A DNA stretch of 61,629 bases, filler included. It is 5 parts of 5 records of this genome, joined end to end, with 100 filler letters (N's around TTAATTAATTAA, not from the genome) between each part and the next. Parts side by side here need not be neighbours in the genome. Positions count along the whole stretch, not along the records: positions 21,091 to 44,035 come from SRR31156797_420; 4 more parts are not named here. One strand, given 5' to 3'. The notes beneath the pieces were generated by a model. The model did no database searches and was not told where the DNA came from. It saw only the letters and a list, made by a program, of their open reading frames with translations. Shown piece after piece: positions 29,805 to 40,005 of the stretch; position 1 is the first letter of the stretch; the number at the start of each line of letters is the position of its first letter. Position numbers and translations under genes: made by a program.

Positions 29805-30656
29805 CTATCGCTCACAAATCGTTGCAATTACAGCCGTAAATATCAAGCCAGCGCCCAAATAACCAAGAGAAGTGAAATATTCGCCAAGGAAGAGATAAGC
29901 AGCTACTGCGGCAATGACAGGTTCAGACGTAGCTACAATTGCGGCCTTACCTGCCTCTAAATATTTTAACCCTTGATAGTAGCAACAGTTCGCTATAAAT
30001 GTTGAGATCACTGAAATTGCCAACAACCAACCCCAAATGGCCACTGGCTTGTGAACAAATTCAACAAAAGGAAAAATTAAAATCGAGCCAAGAGGTAGAA
30101 CATATAAAAACAGGTTGGAAGACGAGTATTTATTCGAAAAATATTTCCCCAGTGTGTAGTAGAGGGAATAGCAAAAACCGGAAGTCAACCCAGCAACGAT
30201 GGCAATCACACTAATAGATCCTGATACACCTACCCCGCTTCCTGTTTTAGAGATTAAAAAGACCCCACTAACTACAAAAATTACAGCCATTAGTTTCATC
30301 CAAGTGACCCTTTCTCTGTAGACAAAAAAAGACACAAGAATCACCCAGCCGGGAGCAGTATAGAGAAGGACAGCAGCAAATGCAGCACCTCCTGTTTTTA
30401 CGGCAAACAAATAGGAAACATAAAAAAGAAAAATGCCGAAAACCGCGAATATTACAAAGAAGGGAATATCCTTTTTATCAAGATGAGTCTCCTTTCGTAT
30501 TAATGCCTGCATCGCAAAACATGGCCAGGCCAGGGTCGCACGCCAAAAGGCAACCTCCATTGGCTCTACCCCATGATCAAACACAAGACTTGAAAAGATT
30601 CCGACGAACCCCCAACAGAGAGTAGCCAATATGATAAATAAATATCCAGTATGCAT
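29805..30656 (-). CDS. DMT/EamA family transporter
   Basis: CWGFVG, VAFWR, LLYTAP, EPVIAA..LGE. Confidence 0.88.
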   Translation of the reverse strand: MHTGYLFIILATLCWGFVGIFSSLVFDHGVEPMEVAFWRATLAWPCFAMQALIRKETHLDKKDIPFFVIFAVFGIFLFYVSYLFAVKTGGAAFAAVLLYTAPGWVILVSFFVYRERVTWMKLMAVIFVVSGVFLISKTGSGVGVSGSISVIAIVAGLTSGFCYSLYYTLGKYFSNKYSSSNLFLYVLPLGSILIFPFVEFVHKPVAIWGWLLAISVISTFIANCCYYQGLKYLEAGKAAIVATSEPVIAAVAAYLFLGEYFTSLGYLGAGLIFTAVIATICER

Positions 30657-30828
30657 TTTCCTTTGATCCCTGACCAACCTCAAATTTTTTAACACTCTCG
30701 AAAACTTATTATTTTCCTATCTGGATACTTCGTACCATTGAGTCTGCATAATGCGTTAACATATAGACGGTTACAGCAAGTTCGGTTTCATTCTCCACCC
30801 TGACTAAAACAATAATATTAGTGTATTC

Positions 30829-31116
30829 CTAACTTACTTGACCGTAAGTTTCATACTCCTCTTGTTGTTTTTTTCGTCTCTTCCAAACCCACGTCATTCC
30901 TTTGTCAGTAGTGACGAAGCGCTCATCATGATTAACTAAAAAACCATAAATAATAGCGATTTTGTATAGCTCCTCTACAGTTGCCTCTGCCTCTTTTTCA
31001 ACATTAGCGAGAAAGGACTTCCCTATTATTTCCTGCCCCTTATGCCATATGAGAATGAGGGCCAACCATGAATTTTCCCTTTCGCTCATTTCATGACAAA
31101 AAGCTTGAGTTGGCAT
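30829..31116 (-). CDS. Hypothetical protein
   Basis: 95-aa ORF on the same strand as its neighbours; no recognisable motif. Confidence 0.35.
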   Translation of the reverse strand: MPTQAFCHEMSERENSWLALILIWHKGQEIIGKSFLANVEKEAEATVEELYKIAIIYGFLVNHDERFVTTDKGMTWVWKRRKKQQEEYETYGQVS

Positions 31117-31175
31117 ATTATATATGGGCTGAGGAGACGATTATTATTCTCTAGTAATAAAGGTTCATCAATGCC

Positions 31176-32471
31176 TTACAGAAGTGCCAGTAAGACTCCT
31201 GCTGCCACAGCTGACCCAATTACACCTGAGACGTTTGCCCCCATGGCATGCATGATCAGATGATTACGAGGGTTGGCCTCCATTCCCACCTTGTTCACCA
31301 CCCTGGCTGCCATGGGCACGGCAGAAACGCCGGCAGCACCAATCAAAGGGTTGATGGGAGCATCGGAAAGCCTGTTCATTAGCTTGGCAATCAGAATTCC
31401 AGAAGCAGTGCCGATCCCGAATGCAACCATCCCCAAGAGTAAAATCCCCAGGGTTTCCACATTGAGAAATTTCTCTGCAGAAAGTTTACTCCCGACCCCT
31501 AGCCCAAGGAAAATGGTCACCGTGTACATGAGCGAGTTTTTAATAGTGTCGGACAATCGATCGACCACCCCGCACTCCTTGGCCAGGTTCCCCAGCATAA
31601 ACATGCCGATCAGGGGGGCAGCAGAGGGCAGGAGTAAGGCACAGAGCGTCAAAACGACTAGAGGGAAAGCAATTTTTTCAACCTTGGACACATGACGGAG
31701 TTGAACCATGATGATCTGCCGTTCCTCCTCTGTGGTAAGCCACTTCATGATGGGCGGCTGAAGAATGGGCACCAGAGCCATATAGGAATAGGCCGCAATG
31801 GCGATCGATCCCAGCAACCTGGGGGAGAGCTGGCTGGAGAGAAAGATCGCCGTCGGCCCGTCAGCCCCTCCGATAATGCCGATGGAGGCAGCATCGCGTA
31901 AGGAGAACTCAATGCCTGGAATTAAATCGGATAACAGCAGGGCACCCAGGAGGGTGGTAAAAATGCCGAATTGGGCGGCACCACCCAGTAATATTGTTTT
32001 CGGGTTCGCCAGCATGGGCCCAAAGTCGGTGAGCGCGCCAACGCCCATAAAAATCAGCAGCGGGAATATACCGGTAACAATCCCCACCTCATATATATAG
32101 TACAGAATACCGCCGGGATCAGCGATCCCGGCAACTGGGATATTGGCCAGCAGGGCACCGTAGCCGATAGGGACCAGCAGCAACGGTTCAAACTGCTTAA
32201 AGATTCCCAAGTAGAGCAGGACCAGACCTATCCCGAACATCAGCAGCCTGCCGATTCCCAAAGCCCATCCGTCATTGACCTGCCCTTCAAGCAGGCCATA
32301 AACTCCGGTGGACTTGAACAGGTTGTCAGCCAGAGTGGCGATATCTGGCAGTTGTCCAGATACCGGTATTGCAGCATCCGCACCAAAAGCCGGGGTAGAT
32401 ACAGCACCCCACCCAAGGCTTAGCAGGAAATAGAGTACAATTAATACAGGAGAAAGAAGATATTTACTCAT
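31176..32471 (-). CDS. oadB: Na+-translocating decarboxylase beta subunit
   Basis: [67 protein letters not shown]. Confidence 0.95.
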   Translation of the reverse strand: MSKYLLSPVLIVLYFLLSLGWGAVSTPAFGADAAIPVSGQLPDIATLADNLFKSTGVYGLLEGQVNDGWALGIGRLLMFGIGLVLLYLGIFKQFEPLLLVPIGYGALLANIPVAGIADPGGILYYIYEVGIVTGIFPLLIFMGVGALTDFGPMLANPKTILLGGAAQFGIFTTLLGALLLSDLIPGIEFSLRDAASIGIIGGADGPTAIFLSSQLSPRLLGSIAIAAYSYMALVPILQPPIMKWLTTEEERQIIMVQLRHVSKVEKIAFPLVVLTLCALLLPSAAPLIGMFMLGNLAKECGVVDRLSDTIKNSLMYTVTIFLGLGVGSKLSAEKFLNVETLGILLLGMVAFGIGTASGILIAKLMNRLSDAPINPLIGAAGVSAVPMAARVVNKVGMEANPRNHLIMHAMGANVSGVIGSAVAAGVLLALL

Positions 32472-32493
32472 TTGAATGTACAGTAGGTAGCAC

Positions 32494-32728
32494 TAACCCG
32501 AATTTCTCATGACCTTTTTGATTTCAAACTCAACTAGTTGATATTATTGTCTAAAAAATAACTGCACAATTAACAGTCTGTTTTTCGTTTTAAATCAAAA
32601 AGTTCCCCCTTCGGGTCAATAAATTTTTCCGCAGGATCTGCGTTACAAACCACTTGCGGTAGTTTCCTACAGCTACGCGGCTTGTGCCTTGCCCTGCGAA
32701 AACCTTTATTGATGAAAAATCCGGGCTA
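32494..32728. mobile_element. MITE-like element between oadA and oadB
   Basis: Imperfect terminal IR TAACCCGAATTTCTCAT ... ATGAAAAATCCGGGCTA (14/17); internal hairpin TCAATAAA..CGCAGG ... CCTGCG..TTTATTGA. Confidence 0.55.
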
Positions 32729-32739
32729 AATATTAATTA

Positions 32740-34536
32740 TTAACCAATAGTCACAAGCATATCACCGGCCTGGACAGTCTCTCCGGACCGGACATGGACC
32801 TCCAGCACCTTACCCGCTTCTGGAGCAGTGACCTCGGACTCCATCTTCATAGCCTCTAGTACCACCAGCGACTGATTGGCCTTAACCGGCTGATCTACTT
32901 CCACCAACACCTTGACCACATTACCGGGGGTGGGGGCCTCAATCACCTCTCCGACCGGGACTGGAGACGTCGTTTCCTGGGGAGCCGATGGAGCAGGCGT
33001 CGCCTCGATACCACCGCCGTCTGAAACTGTCACATCATAGGAGCGGTTGTTAACCACGATGGAATAACTTCTGGGCCCTGCAGGACGGACACCTGCAGGA
33101 GCAGGAACGGGCTGCCTCTCATCAACCTGGGACTCTTCATCGGTTACCTTGCGGATATTAACCTTCGCATTACCCAGGAGGTAGTCGAGTCCCTTTTGTT
33201 CGCAGCTGGCAATAATAAAGACATTTTCGTCAGTGACAGGTAAATTGTTTTCCTGCAGAACCTTGCTCGCTTTGGGGATACCTGCCTCCAGAATATCCAG
33301 GGGGTTATCGGTGAAAACCGGTTTACCCAGCTGTTCTGTGGCAAGTTTAACGATCTCGGGGTTAGGCGGCGCCGGGGTTCGACCAAAGTAGCCAAGAACC
33401 ATGTTGCCATAACTGGGGTTGATCTTCTTCCACTTGCCCTGGGTCACGTTCAGGTATGCCTGTTGGAAATAAAACTGGGACACAGGAGTTACCGAGGCCC
33501 CAAATCCGCCCTTAGCCACCACCTCGGACATCTCCTTAATCACCTGAGGATAGAGGTCCAAGGTTCCGGTATCACGCATCATCATGGTGTTGGCGGTCAA
33601 GGCCCCACCAGGCATAGGCGACAAGGTTACCTTGGGGGAGATCATCTTGGCTTCCGGTGGAAAAAAGTACTCCTTCATCGCCTCTTCAAACACTTCCGAG
33701 GCCTTAAGCACCTTGACGTAGTCCAAATCCAAGGTAAAGTCAGTTCCTTTGAGGGCGTGCATCATAGACAGAATATCAGGCTGGCAGGTTCCACCGCTCA
33801 CCGGCGCCTTTGCCAGGTCAATCCCGTCCGCTCCCCCCATAACCGCAGCCATATTTTGGGCAATCCCCTGGTCAGCGGTATCGTGGGTGTGGAACCAGAG
33901 GATTGTATCTTCAGGTACAATTTTTCGTGCTGCCTTAAAGGTTTCGTACACCTTCCTGGGATTGGCAGTGCCCGAGGCATCCTTGAAGCAAATGGAATGG
34001 AATGGGATCTCCGACTCCAGGATTTGCTTTAACCGTGCCATATAAAACTCAGGGGTATGGGCGGCACCAGTGCAACCCGGCGGTAGATCCATGATCGAGA
34101 TCACGATCTGGTGTTTCAGCCCATGGTGGACGATCCGCTCACCCGAGTATTCCAGGTTGCGAGTATCATTGAGGGCATCGAAGTTGCGGATGGTTGTCAT
34201 GCCGTGTTTCTTGAACATCTTGGCATGGAGATCGATAATATCGCGTGGGCACTGGCTGAGGGCCACTACACTGATACCGCGGGCCAAAGTTTGAAGCTCG
34301 GCTTCCTTGCCCACCTCCAACCGAAAGCGATCCATCATGTCAAAAGCTGATTCACCGCAATAGAAAAACAGACTCTGAAACCGGGCACCACCACCTGCCT
34401 CTATGTGGGTTATACCTGCATCCACGGTCGCCTTGACTGCAGGCAGAAAATCATTGGTCAGCACCCTGGCTCCGAATACGGACTGGAAACCATCACGGAA
34501 GGAGGTGTCCATGAACTTGATTACTTTTTTACTCAC
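32740..34536 (-). CDS. oadA: Oxaloacetate decarboxylase alpha subunit (carboxyltransferase + biotin carrier)
   Basis: DTSFRDGFQS, FKDASG, HTH, MPGG, VTPVSQ; Pro/Ala linker; EAMKM biotinylation site. Confidence 0.92.
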   Translation of the reverse strand: MSKKVIKFMDTSFRDGFQSVFGARVLTNDFLPAVKATVDAGITHIEAGGGARFQSLFFYCGESAFDMMDRFRLEVGKEAELQTLARGISVVALSQCPRDIIDLHAKMFKKHGMTTIRNFDALNDTRNLEYSGERIVHHGLKHQIVISIMDLPPGCTGAAHTPEFYMARLKQILESEIPFHSICFKDASGTANPRKVYETFKAARKIVPEDTILWFHTHDTADQGIAQNMAAVMGGADGIDLAKAPVSGGTCQPDILSMMHALKGTDFTLDLDYVKVLKASEVFEEAMKEYFFPPEAKMISPKVTLSPMPGGALTANTMMMRDTGTLDLYPQVIKEMSEVVAKGGFGASVTPVSQFYFQQAYLNVTQGKWKKINPSYGNMVLGYFGRTPAPPNPEIVKLATEQLGKPVFTDNPLDILEAGIPKASKVLQENNLPVTDENVFIIASCEQKGLDYLLGNAKVNIRKVTDEESQVDERQPVPAPAGVRPAGPRSYSIVVNNRSYDVTVSDGGGIEATPAPSAPQETTSPVPVGEVIEAPTPGNVVKVLVEVDQPVKANQSLVVLEAMKMESEVTAPEAGKVLEVHVRSGETVQAGDMLVTIG

Positions 34537-34650
34537 TTAACTCACCTTGATACCAAATCGTATTATTTACAGGATTACTCTAGCGGGTCTGGTTCATCTG
34601 ATTTTATCAGCCAATCAGAACCACATTAAATTATTTCCAGTTGGCCCCCT

Positions 34651-34929
34651 TCAGGAGTGTGCCAACTCAGCCTCAAAGGTAGCAATTGCAGCTGCGATCA
34701 CTGCTATATCATCTTCAATCTCTTCAAAAACAGGACTCCTGGAACCAGTTAGAGATTTATCCCTTGCTTCACTTCTTAGATTCCGTTCGAGCTGTATGGC
34801 TTCCAACTCACGCTGTGTTGCCTTTCGGGTAAAACTAGAAACCAGTTGGATAAGAAAAATAGTGAACGACAAAAACAACAGCACCGTTGTCATGCCGACA
34901 AACATCAGTTTAAATCCTTCAAAAAGCAT
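34651..34929 (-). CDS. oadG: Decarboxylase gamma subunit
   Basis: GMTTVLLFL TM segment and AVIAAAI C-terminal motif; first gene of oadGAB. Confidence 0.85.
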   Translation of the reverse strand: MLFEGFKLMFVGMTTVLLFLSFTIFLIQLVSSFTRKATQRELEAIQLERNLRSEARDKSLTGSRSPVFEEIEDDIAVIAAAIATFEAELAHS

Positions 34930-35152
34930 GATTTGTATCCCTTCGACAATCAACCCACACACAGGTTAGTTGCATTTTGCCAAATGCAACTAACCTGCTA
35001 ATTCAAACCAAACCCCTCCTGCACTACTCTATAGAGAGGGGCCGGCCGTTCTCTCATCTCCACCCATGAGTAGCAGCAAGAACGGTAACTTATTCTGCCG
35101 TTCTCGATTAGGCCTCCAACCCATCCATTTACTTTTTGGATGGATTTATACC

Positions 35153-35413
35153 CTACCCCCTCTTTCTTATTTCTTTTCCCCTGTCGAGTGCGGCCAACCC
35201 CGATAAGGTTATTAAAGAATAATCCCCTTCTGCAGAGCTTTGAATTTCGCCTGTATAGTCCATGCTAAGTAGAAGTTCCCTAGCCTCCTTGAGGCTTAAT
35301 CGTAACTCTTTTGCAATCCTTTCGATGTTCACCACTTGAGGGTGACGGTTGTGAAGATTTTCATAGAGAAGGCCAAGAACACGATTCCTGTTTTCTTTTT
35401 GGGTTTTCATCAC
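35153..35413 (-). CDS. Small putative winged-helix protein
   Basis: VNIERIAKELRLSLKEARELL...GEI...SLITLSG pattern. Confidence 0.5.
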   Translation of the reverse strand: MMKTQKENRNRVLGLLYENLHNRHPQVVNIERIAKELRLSLKEARELLLSMDYTGEIQSSAEGDYSLITLSGLAALDRGKEIRKRG

Positions 35414-35445
35414 TAACTTTTTATATTGATTGGTATGAATAAAAA

Positions 35446-38400
35446 TTACACTGCACTCGTAATGATTGAACCCAGTGCAGCATCGGGATTCTTCTCAAAT
35501 TTTGTCAAGAAAGAGTTCCATTTTTCCCCAAACTGGTAATAAGCCATTGACGCGAGCTTCTTTGTAAGAATTGCATCGCCATACACCTCTAATTCTGGAC
35601 TCAGTAGAGTCTCTATGATGTAATCTATTCCCATTTTTTCAACGAGTACTGCGGGGACATATTCAGCAAACACTTTCTTCACCAACTCTTTGTCTGTTCT
35701 CAAATCTGGAATGATACCAACGAGTCGATCCTGCAAATCAAAGATACATTCACTGGACTTTTCAGAAAGGGTAAAGAGAGGGTACTCCTGGTTTGCCTCA
35801 TGGAGCTTTATGAGCATCAGGGCTTCTTGCTTTGCGTATCTTTCTACGAGCAGAATAATATCTTTTATGAGACCCCAAAGCGTCTTCGTATCTTTCATGA
35901 GCCTATCTTCATACTCATCACCAAACAAAAATGCCGTGAGCACTTCCGCAATTGAACTGCTGAAAACACCGCCTTTATTAGCACTGGAATCCTTGATTTG
36001 CTTAATGGACGTGTTGGTAGCTATATACCTCCTGGCACTGTCATCAAAAAACACATTTGCTCCCTCAGCAATATATTGCAACTCTTTGAAATTGGAGAGG
36101 AACTGATCAATATTAGTCTGATTAAGGGTGTCTTTAAACCCGCCACAGGGAATGAAAGCTCCAATATTGGCCGCTTGGAGATAATTTCTAGAGTTGGGAC
36201 TAGTTAGAAAGGTTCTGTGGAAAACCATCCCATCTTCAACAATAGTTCCATCAGGTAGAGGAATATTTTTTGCTGTAAGTGGTACCATAAAGCCATTGGG
36301 GCCAAGTTTTGCTTTTGGATAGCTGAGACTATTTTGACGAGGCACCGTATTCCGGGAGAACGAGAGTTTCACCAACTCCTTTTTGTCCAGCCCAGCAGGA
36401 TCATAGAGTACAGACCCGCCATCAATAATCAGACAAATCTTTCCTTTGTACGACTGAATCTGATTTGCTCCCAGATCTCCATCAGGCCCTCCGCTGATCA
36501 TCAAATTCAAGCTTTCCTCTTTTGTGCCGTAATATTCGAGCATGGCTCTGAATGCTGACATAACTGAGGAAGTCGTCATGCCGCTTACGGAAATTTTCCC
36601 ACCGATATTGGTATAAATTTCCTCCATGTCATTTGTAACGACGATAGACTCACCATTTATCTGTAACTCAACCCCTTGAGCACCTTGATCAAAGAGGCCA
36701 AAACAATCGCCTGTATCGAGCAACCCATAGGTGTCATGGGGAATCCCAAAACTTTTTCCAGTTGTCAAGGTACGCCAATATTTACACCCTCTATCTTTTG
36801 CTCTTAAGGCAATGGCATCCATCAGTTGAGCAGTACCTTCGTCCGGTCCAAAGAATATCATTTCAGACTTTTCGTAGTAGTCGACGATACCTTGATCTTG
36901 CAGAAGGATCAGATCCATGATGCCTTCAGTGTAATCACACAACGCCTCTTTACTTGCTCTTGCATACTCGACATGAGGAACAACAACTCCCTTAGAACCG
37001 CTTTCACAAATATCCTTATGTTTGATACGTTGCGCCTCTGGTCCAAGCGCATAGTTAAGCAGTACGACTTCGTCAAGCTTGCTCGCATAATTTGACCGAT
37101 TAATACGGAGCAATCGAAGGCCACCTCTAGCTATATCCCCTGCTCGCATATGTGTGCCACAGGCATAATGCCCATTGACAAAGAAAATTCCGTACACTGA
37201 CTGATTAAACACAAGAGGATCGAGAATCTGATTGGTAAACCGGAAAGAAAACGCTCTTTTTTCTGCAAAGAAAAAATTGGTCTTGAGTGTGCAAGTAATG
37301 ATCTTGAACATAAAACGGAAGATATCGTAACCAAGGGGATAATCTATAAAACGGCCATAGATCTTCTTCTCGAAATCCACCCATGCCTTTTCAAGCTGCT
37401 CCTGTGTAAGGCGGCTCTTTATGGTCGGGTCAAATTTTTTTTCAAAAAGAGCATAGAGGTCAACGACCAGATCGGCGTTACTATGGACGGCTTGCTCAAT
37501 GAGGGTAGCAGTATAGGTGGACTTATTGGATTCTTGAATGCGCTTGGCAAATGATTGCTGAAAGTCTTTGTTATCTAGGTGTTGTAATATACCTTTATCA
37601 GAAGCATTTCTACTCTCTTTAAAAATAAAGAGATGAGTAAAGTCGACGAGGTTTCCCCCAAAAAGCATTTCTTTGAAGGTCCAAGCACTTTCTAGATACA
37701 GCCCTGAAACAGAGCTTTGCGCAAAGGATAGGAAATCCCGAAGATCACCGGTGAGAATCTCTTCATCTTTTCTTGTAAGTTCTGCATTGATGTACAAGGA
37801 ACAGACCGAAGATGAAACATCCAAATCTGCAAGGTAGGGTTCCCAATACGCCCTGACTAACGTGTAGCCCCTGTCTGCTAAGATTTTCCTCAATATTGAA
37901 AGTTTTGGCACTTCAAAATCAGAATTAAACACAAACCGGGTTTCACCCGTTTCCGGAAGATTGAAAGCTTGAATAAAAGGTACAGCCGAGTTATCAGATT
38001 TTTTTAAAAAATTTTCGTACCTTGCTCTCGTTGTTTCAGGTGTAATGCAGTAGTCTCCGGCAAGACTATAGAGAAAACGGGACGTTTTAAAATCATCGTT
38101 CGCAAAATCCTTTACGGTTTCAGCACGAAAGATATAGGTGTGGTAGTTATTTTCAGGACTAAAATAGTACTCTCGTCTATGACCAGCCAGCGTCTCGTCG
38201 AGAAGCGCTTCCATGGAATCACGGGTTTCATCCGTTGCAATCCGCACTCGCTGCCCTTCAGCACTATTGCTCAAATCAAAATCGATGTGGGCCACCTTGC
38301 CGAAAAGAGCCGCCTTACCATCTATAACCTTGATACTTGAGGCGATTGATTGCAGAAGCTGGGCCAGGGCGTGTTTCTTTATATAGGTAAAAAAATATCT

Positions 38401-38613
38401 GGGAAGCCCTAAGTCGGTCAGGAGAATCCCCGCCGCAATATTAATACAATTGGCTGTAAGTAGACCTTCTGCTGAAAGGTCGATGACAGCTTCGTACAAA
38501 ATCCGTTGATCAAGACCTGCCTCCTCTGCTTTTTTGATGATATCAGCACCGCGTGTTGGCGCAGTGAAATTTATCGGGAGTGTTTCCTGGGAAATATCTT
38601 GAAGTGTGGCCAT
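35446..38613 (-). CDS. Large NAD-specific glutamate dehydrogenase (GDH2-type)
   Basis: KTNFF, DIARGGLR, KHKDICESGSKG, FFGPDEGTA, TTGKS, GGPDGDLG, EGANVF, KDSSANKGGVFSS. Confidence 0.9.
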   Translation of the reverse strand: MATLQDISQETLPINFTAPTRGADIIKKAEEAGLDQRILYEAVIDLSAEGLLTANCINIAAGILLTDLGLPRYFFTYIKKHALAQLLQSIASSIKVIDGKAALFGKVAHIDFDLSNSAEGQRVRIATDETRDSMEALLDETLAGHRREYYFSPENNYHTYIFRAETVKDFANDDFKTSRFLYSLAGDYCITPETTRARYENFLKKSDNSAVPFIQAFNLPETGETRFVFNSDFEVPKLSILRKILADRGYTLVRAYWEPYLADLDVSSSVCSLYINAELTRKDEEILTGDLRDFLSFAQSSVSGLYLESAWTFKEMLFGGNLVDFTHLFIFKESRNASDKGILQHLDNKDFQQSFAKRIQESNKSTYTATLIEQAVHSNADLVVDLYALFEKKFDPTIKSRLTQEQLEKAWVDFEKKIYGRFIDYPLGYDIFRFMFKIITCTLKTNFFFAEKRAFSFRFTNQILDPLVFNQSVYGIFFVNGHYACGTHMRAGDIARGGLRLLRINRSNYASKLDEVVLLNYALGPEAQRIKHKDICESGSKGVVVPHVEYARASKEALCDYTEGIMDLILLQDQGIVDYYEKSEMIFFGPDEGTAQLMDAIALRAKDRGCKYWRTLTTGKSFGIPHDTYGLLDTGDCFGLFDQGAQGVELQINGESIVVTNDMEEIYTNIGGKISVSGMTTSSVMSAFRAMLEYYGTKEESLNLMISGGPDGDLGANQIQSYKGKICLIIDGGSVLYDPAGLDKKELVKLSFSRNTVPRQNSLSYPKAKLGPNGFMVPLTAKNIPLPDGTIVEDGMVFHRTFLTSPNSRNYLQAANIGAFIPCGGFKDTLNQTNIDQFLSNFKELQYIAEGANVFFDDSARRYIATNTSIKQIKDSSANKGGVFSSSIAEVLTAFLFGDEYEDRLMKDTKTLWGLIKDIILLVERYAKQEALMLIKLHEANQEYPLFTLSEKSSECIFDLQDRLVGIIPDLRTDKELVKKVFAEYVPAVLVEKMGIDYIIETLLSPELEVYGDAILTKKLASMAYYQFGEKWNSFLTKFEKNPDAALGSIITSAV

Positions 38614-38719
38614 TATTGTTCCGTTCCTATGAGACGGAGTCGATATTCTTTGTCTGGAAAAATAAGCCGAACGGACATCAGTCACGTCCGGCGATATGGA
38701 TCAAGTCTTCAGTGGTTAG

Positions 38720-39919
38720 TTATACCCGCTCTATAACAATGGCAAGACCTTGACCGACACCAATACACATGGTGCAGAGAGCTCTCTTTTTCTTTGACCG
38801 AACCAGTTGACGCATGGCGGTAAGAATGAGCCTCACACCACTCATTCCTAATGGGTGACCTAAGGCTATAGCTCCTCCCAGAGGGTTTATCCGAGGATCT
38901 CTATCGGACAATCCCAACTCTCTGCAACAGGCTAAGGCCTGGGAAGCGAAGGCCTCATTGAGCTCTATGATGTCCATGTCATCGATCTTCAGATTGAGCC
39001 GCTGTAAAATCTTCCTTGTTGCCGGCACAGGCCCCATTCCCATTATCCGTGGCGGTACACCTGCAGCTGCCATTCCCAACACCTTGGCTTGGGGGGTCAA
39101 CCTGTGTTTTACGGCTACATCTTCTGTTGCCAGCAGCATGGCTGCAGCGGCATCATTGACTCCTGAAGAGTTGGCAGCGGTGACAGACCCACCTGAAAAA
39201 AGAGGTCGCAAGAGGGCCAATTTTTCCAACGGGGTTAATCGCAAGTGCTCATCCTTTTCCACTAAAATCGGATCACCCTTACGCTGGGGCACAGATACAC
39301 CTGCTATCTCTTCGGCCAGCTTACCGTTCCGCTGGGCATCTGCGGCTTTTTCCTGACTCCAATACGCAAAGCTGTCCTGATCTTCACGACTGATTTTATA
39401 GTCTACCGCGACATTCTCTGCGGTCTGGGGCATTGAATCAGTCCCATACATTTCATGCATTTTTTCATTTATAAGCCGCCACCCGATCGTTGAATCCGCA
39501 ATCTCTGGCTTACGGGAAAATGCGTCCCCTGTTTTGGGAATTACCCAAGGGGAGCGAGACATATTTTCCACACCACCGGCAATAATAAAATCGCATTCAC
39601 CAGCTTTGATTGACTGAGCCCCTGCACCCACTGCGTTCATCCCCGACGCGCAAAGACGATTGATAGTGGTACCTGAAATCTCTACAGGTAACCCTGCAAG
39701 CAGAGAGGCCATTCGAGCCACATTTCGGTTATCTTCACCCGCCTGGTTAGCACAACCAAATACAACGTCATCAACTTCATCCCACCCTACCTGCGGATTT
39801 CTCTTCATCAAGGCCTTCAGGGGCTCGGCAGCAAGGTCATCTGCTCGCACGGAAGAGAGCCCACCGCCAAATCGCCCTACTGGAGTCCGAATTGCATCAC
39901 AGATAAAAACTTCTTTCAT
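38720..39919 (-). CDS. pcaF: 3-oxoadipyl-CoA thiolase (PcaF/PaaJ subfamily)
   Basis: RADDLAA, GCANQAGEDNRNVARM, NRLCASG, NEAFASQ, GHPLGMSG, CIGVGQG. Confidence 0.85.
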   Translation of the reverse strand: MKEVFICDAIRTPVGRFGGGLSSVRADDLAAEPLKALMKRNPQVGWDEVDDVVFGCANQAGEDNRNVARMASLLAGLPVEISGTTINRLCASGMNAVGAGAQSIKAGECDFIIAGGVENMSRSPWVIPKTGDAFSRKPEIADSTIGWRLINEKMHEMYGTDSMPQTAENVAVDYKISREDQDSFAYWSQEKAADAQRNGKLAEEIAGVSVPQRKGDPILVEKDEHLRLTPLEKLALLRPLFSGGSVTAANSSGVNDAAAAMLLATEDVAVKHRLTPQAKVLGMAAAGVPPRIMGMGPVPATRKILQRLNLKIDDMDIIELNEAFASQALACCRELGLSDRDPRINPLGGAIALGHPLGMSGVRLILTAMRQLVRSKKKRALCTMCIGVGQGLAIVIERV

Positions 39920-40005
39920 GGATTTTCTCCAAAGTATAATTCATGCCTAAATGCACAATGCTTCCTGTTGCGTTCTTTTAATCGCCCCAAAAAGCAACTT
40001 TACAT

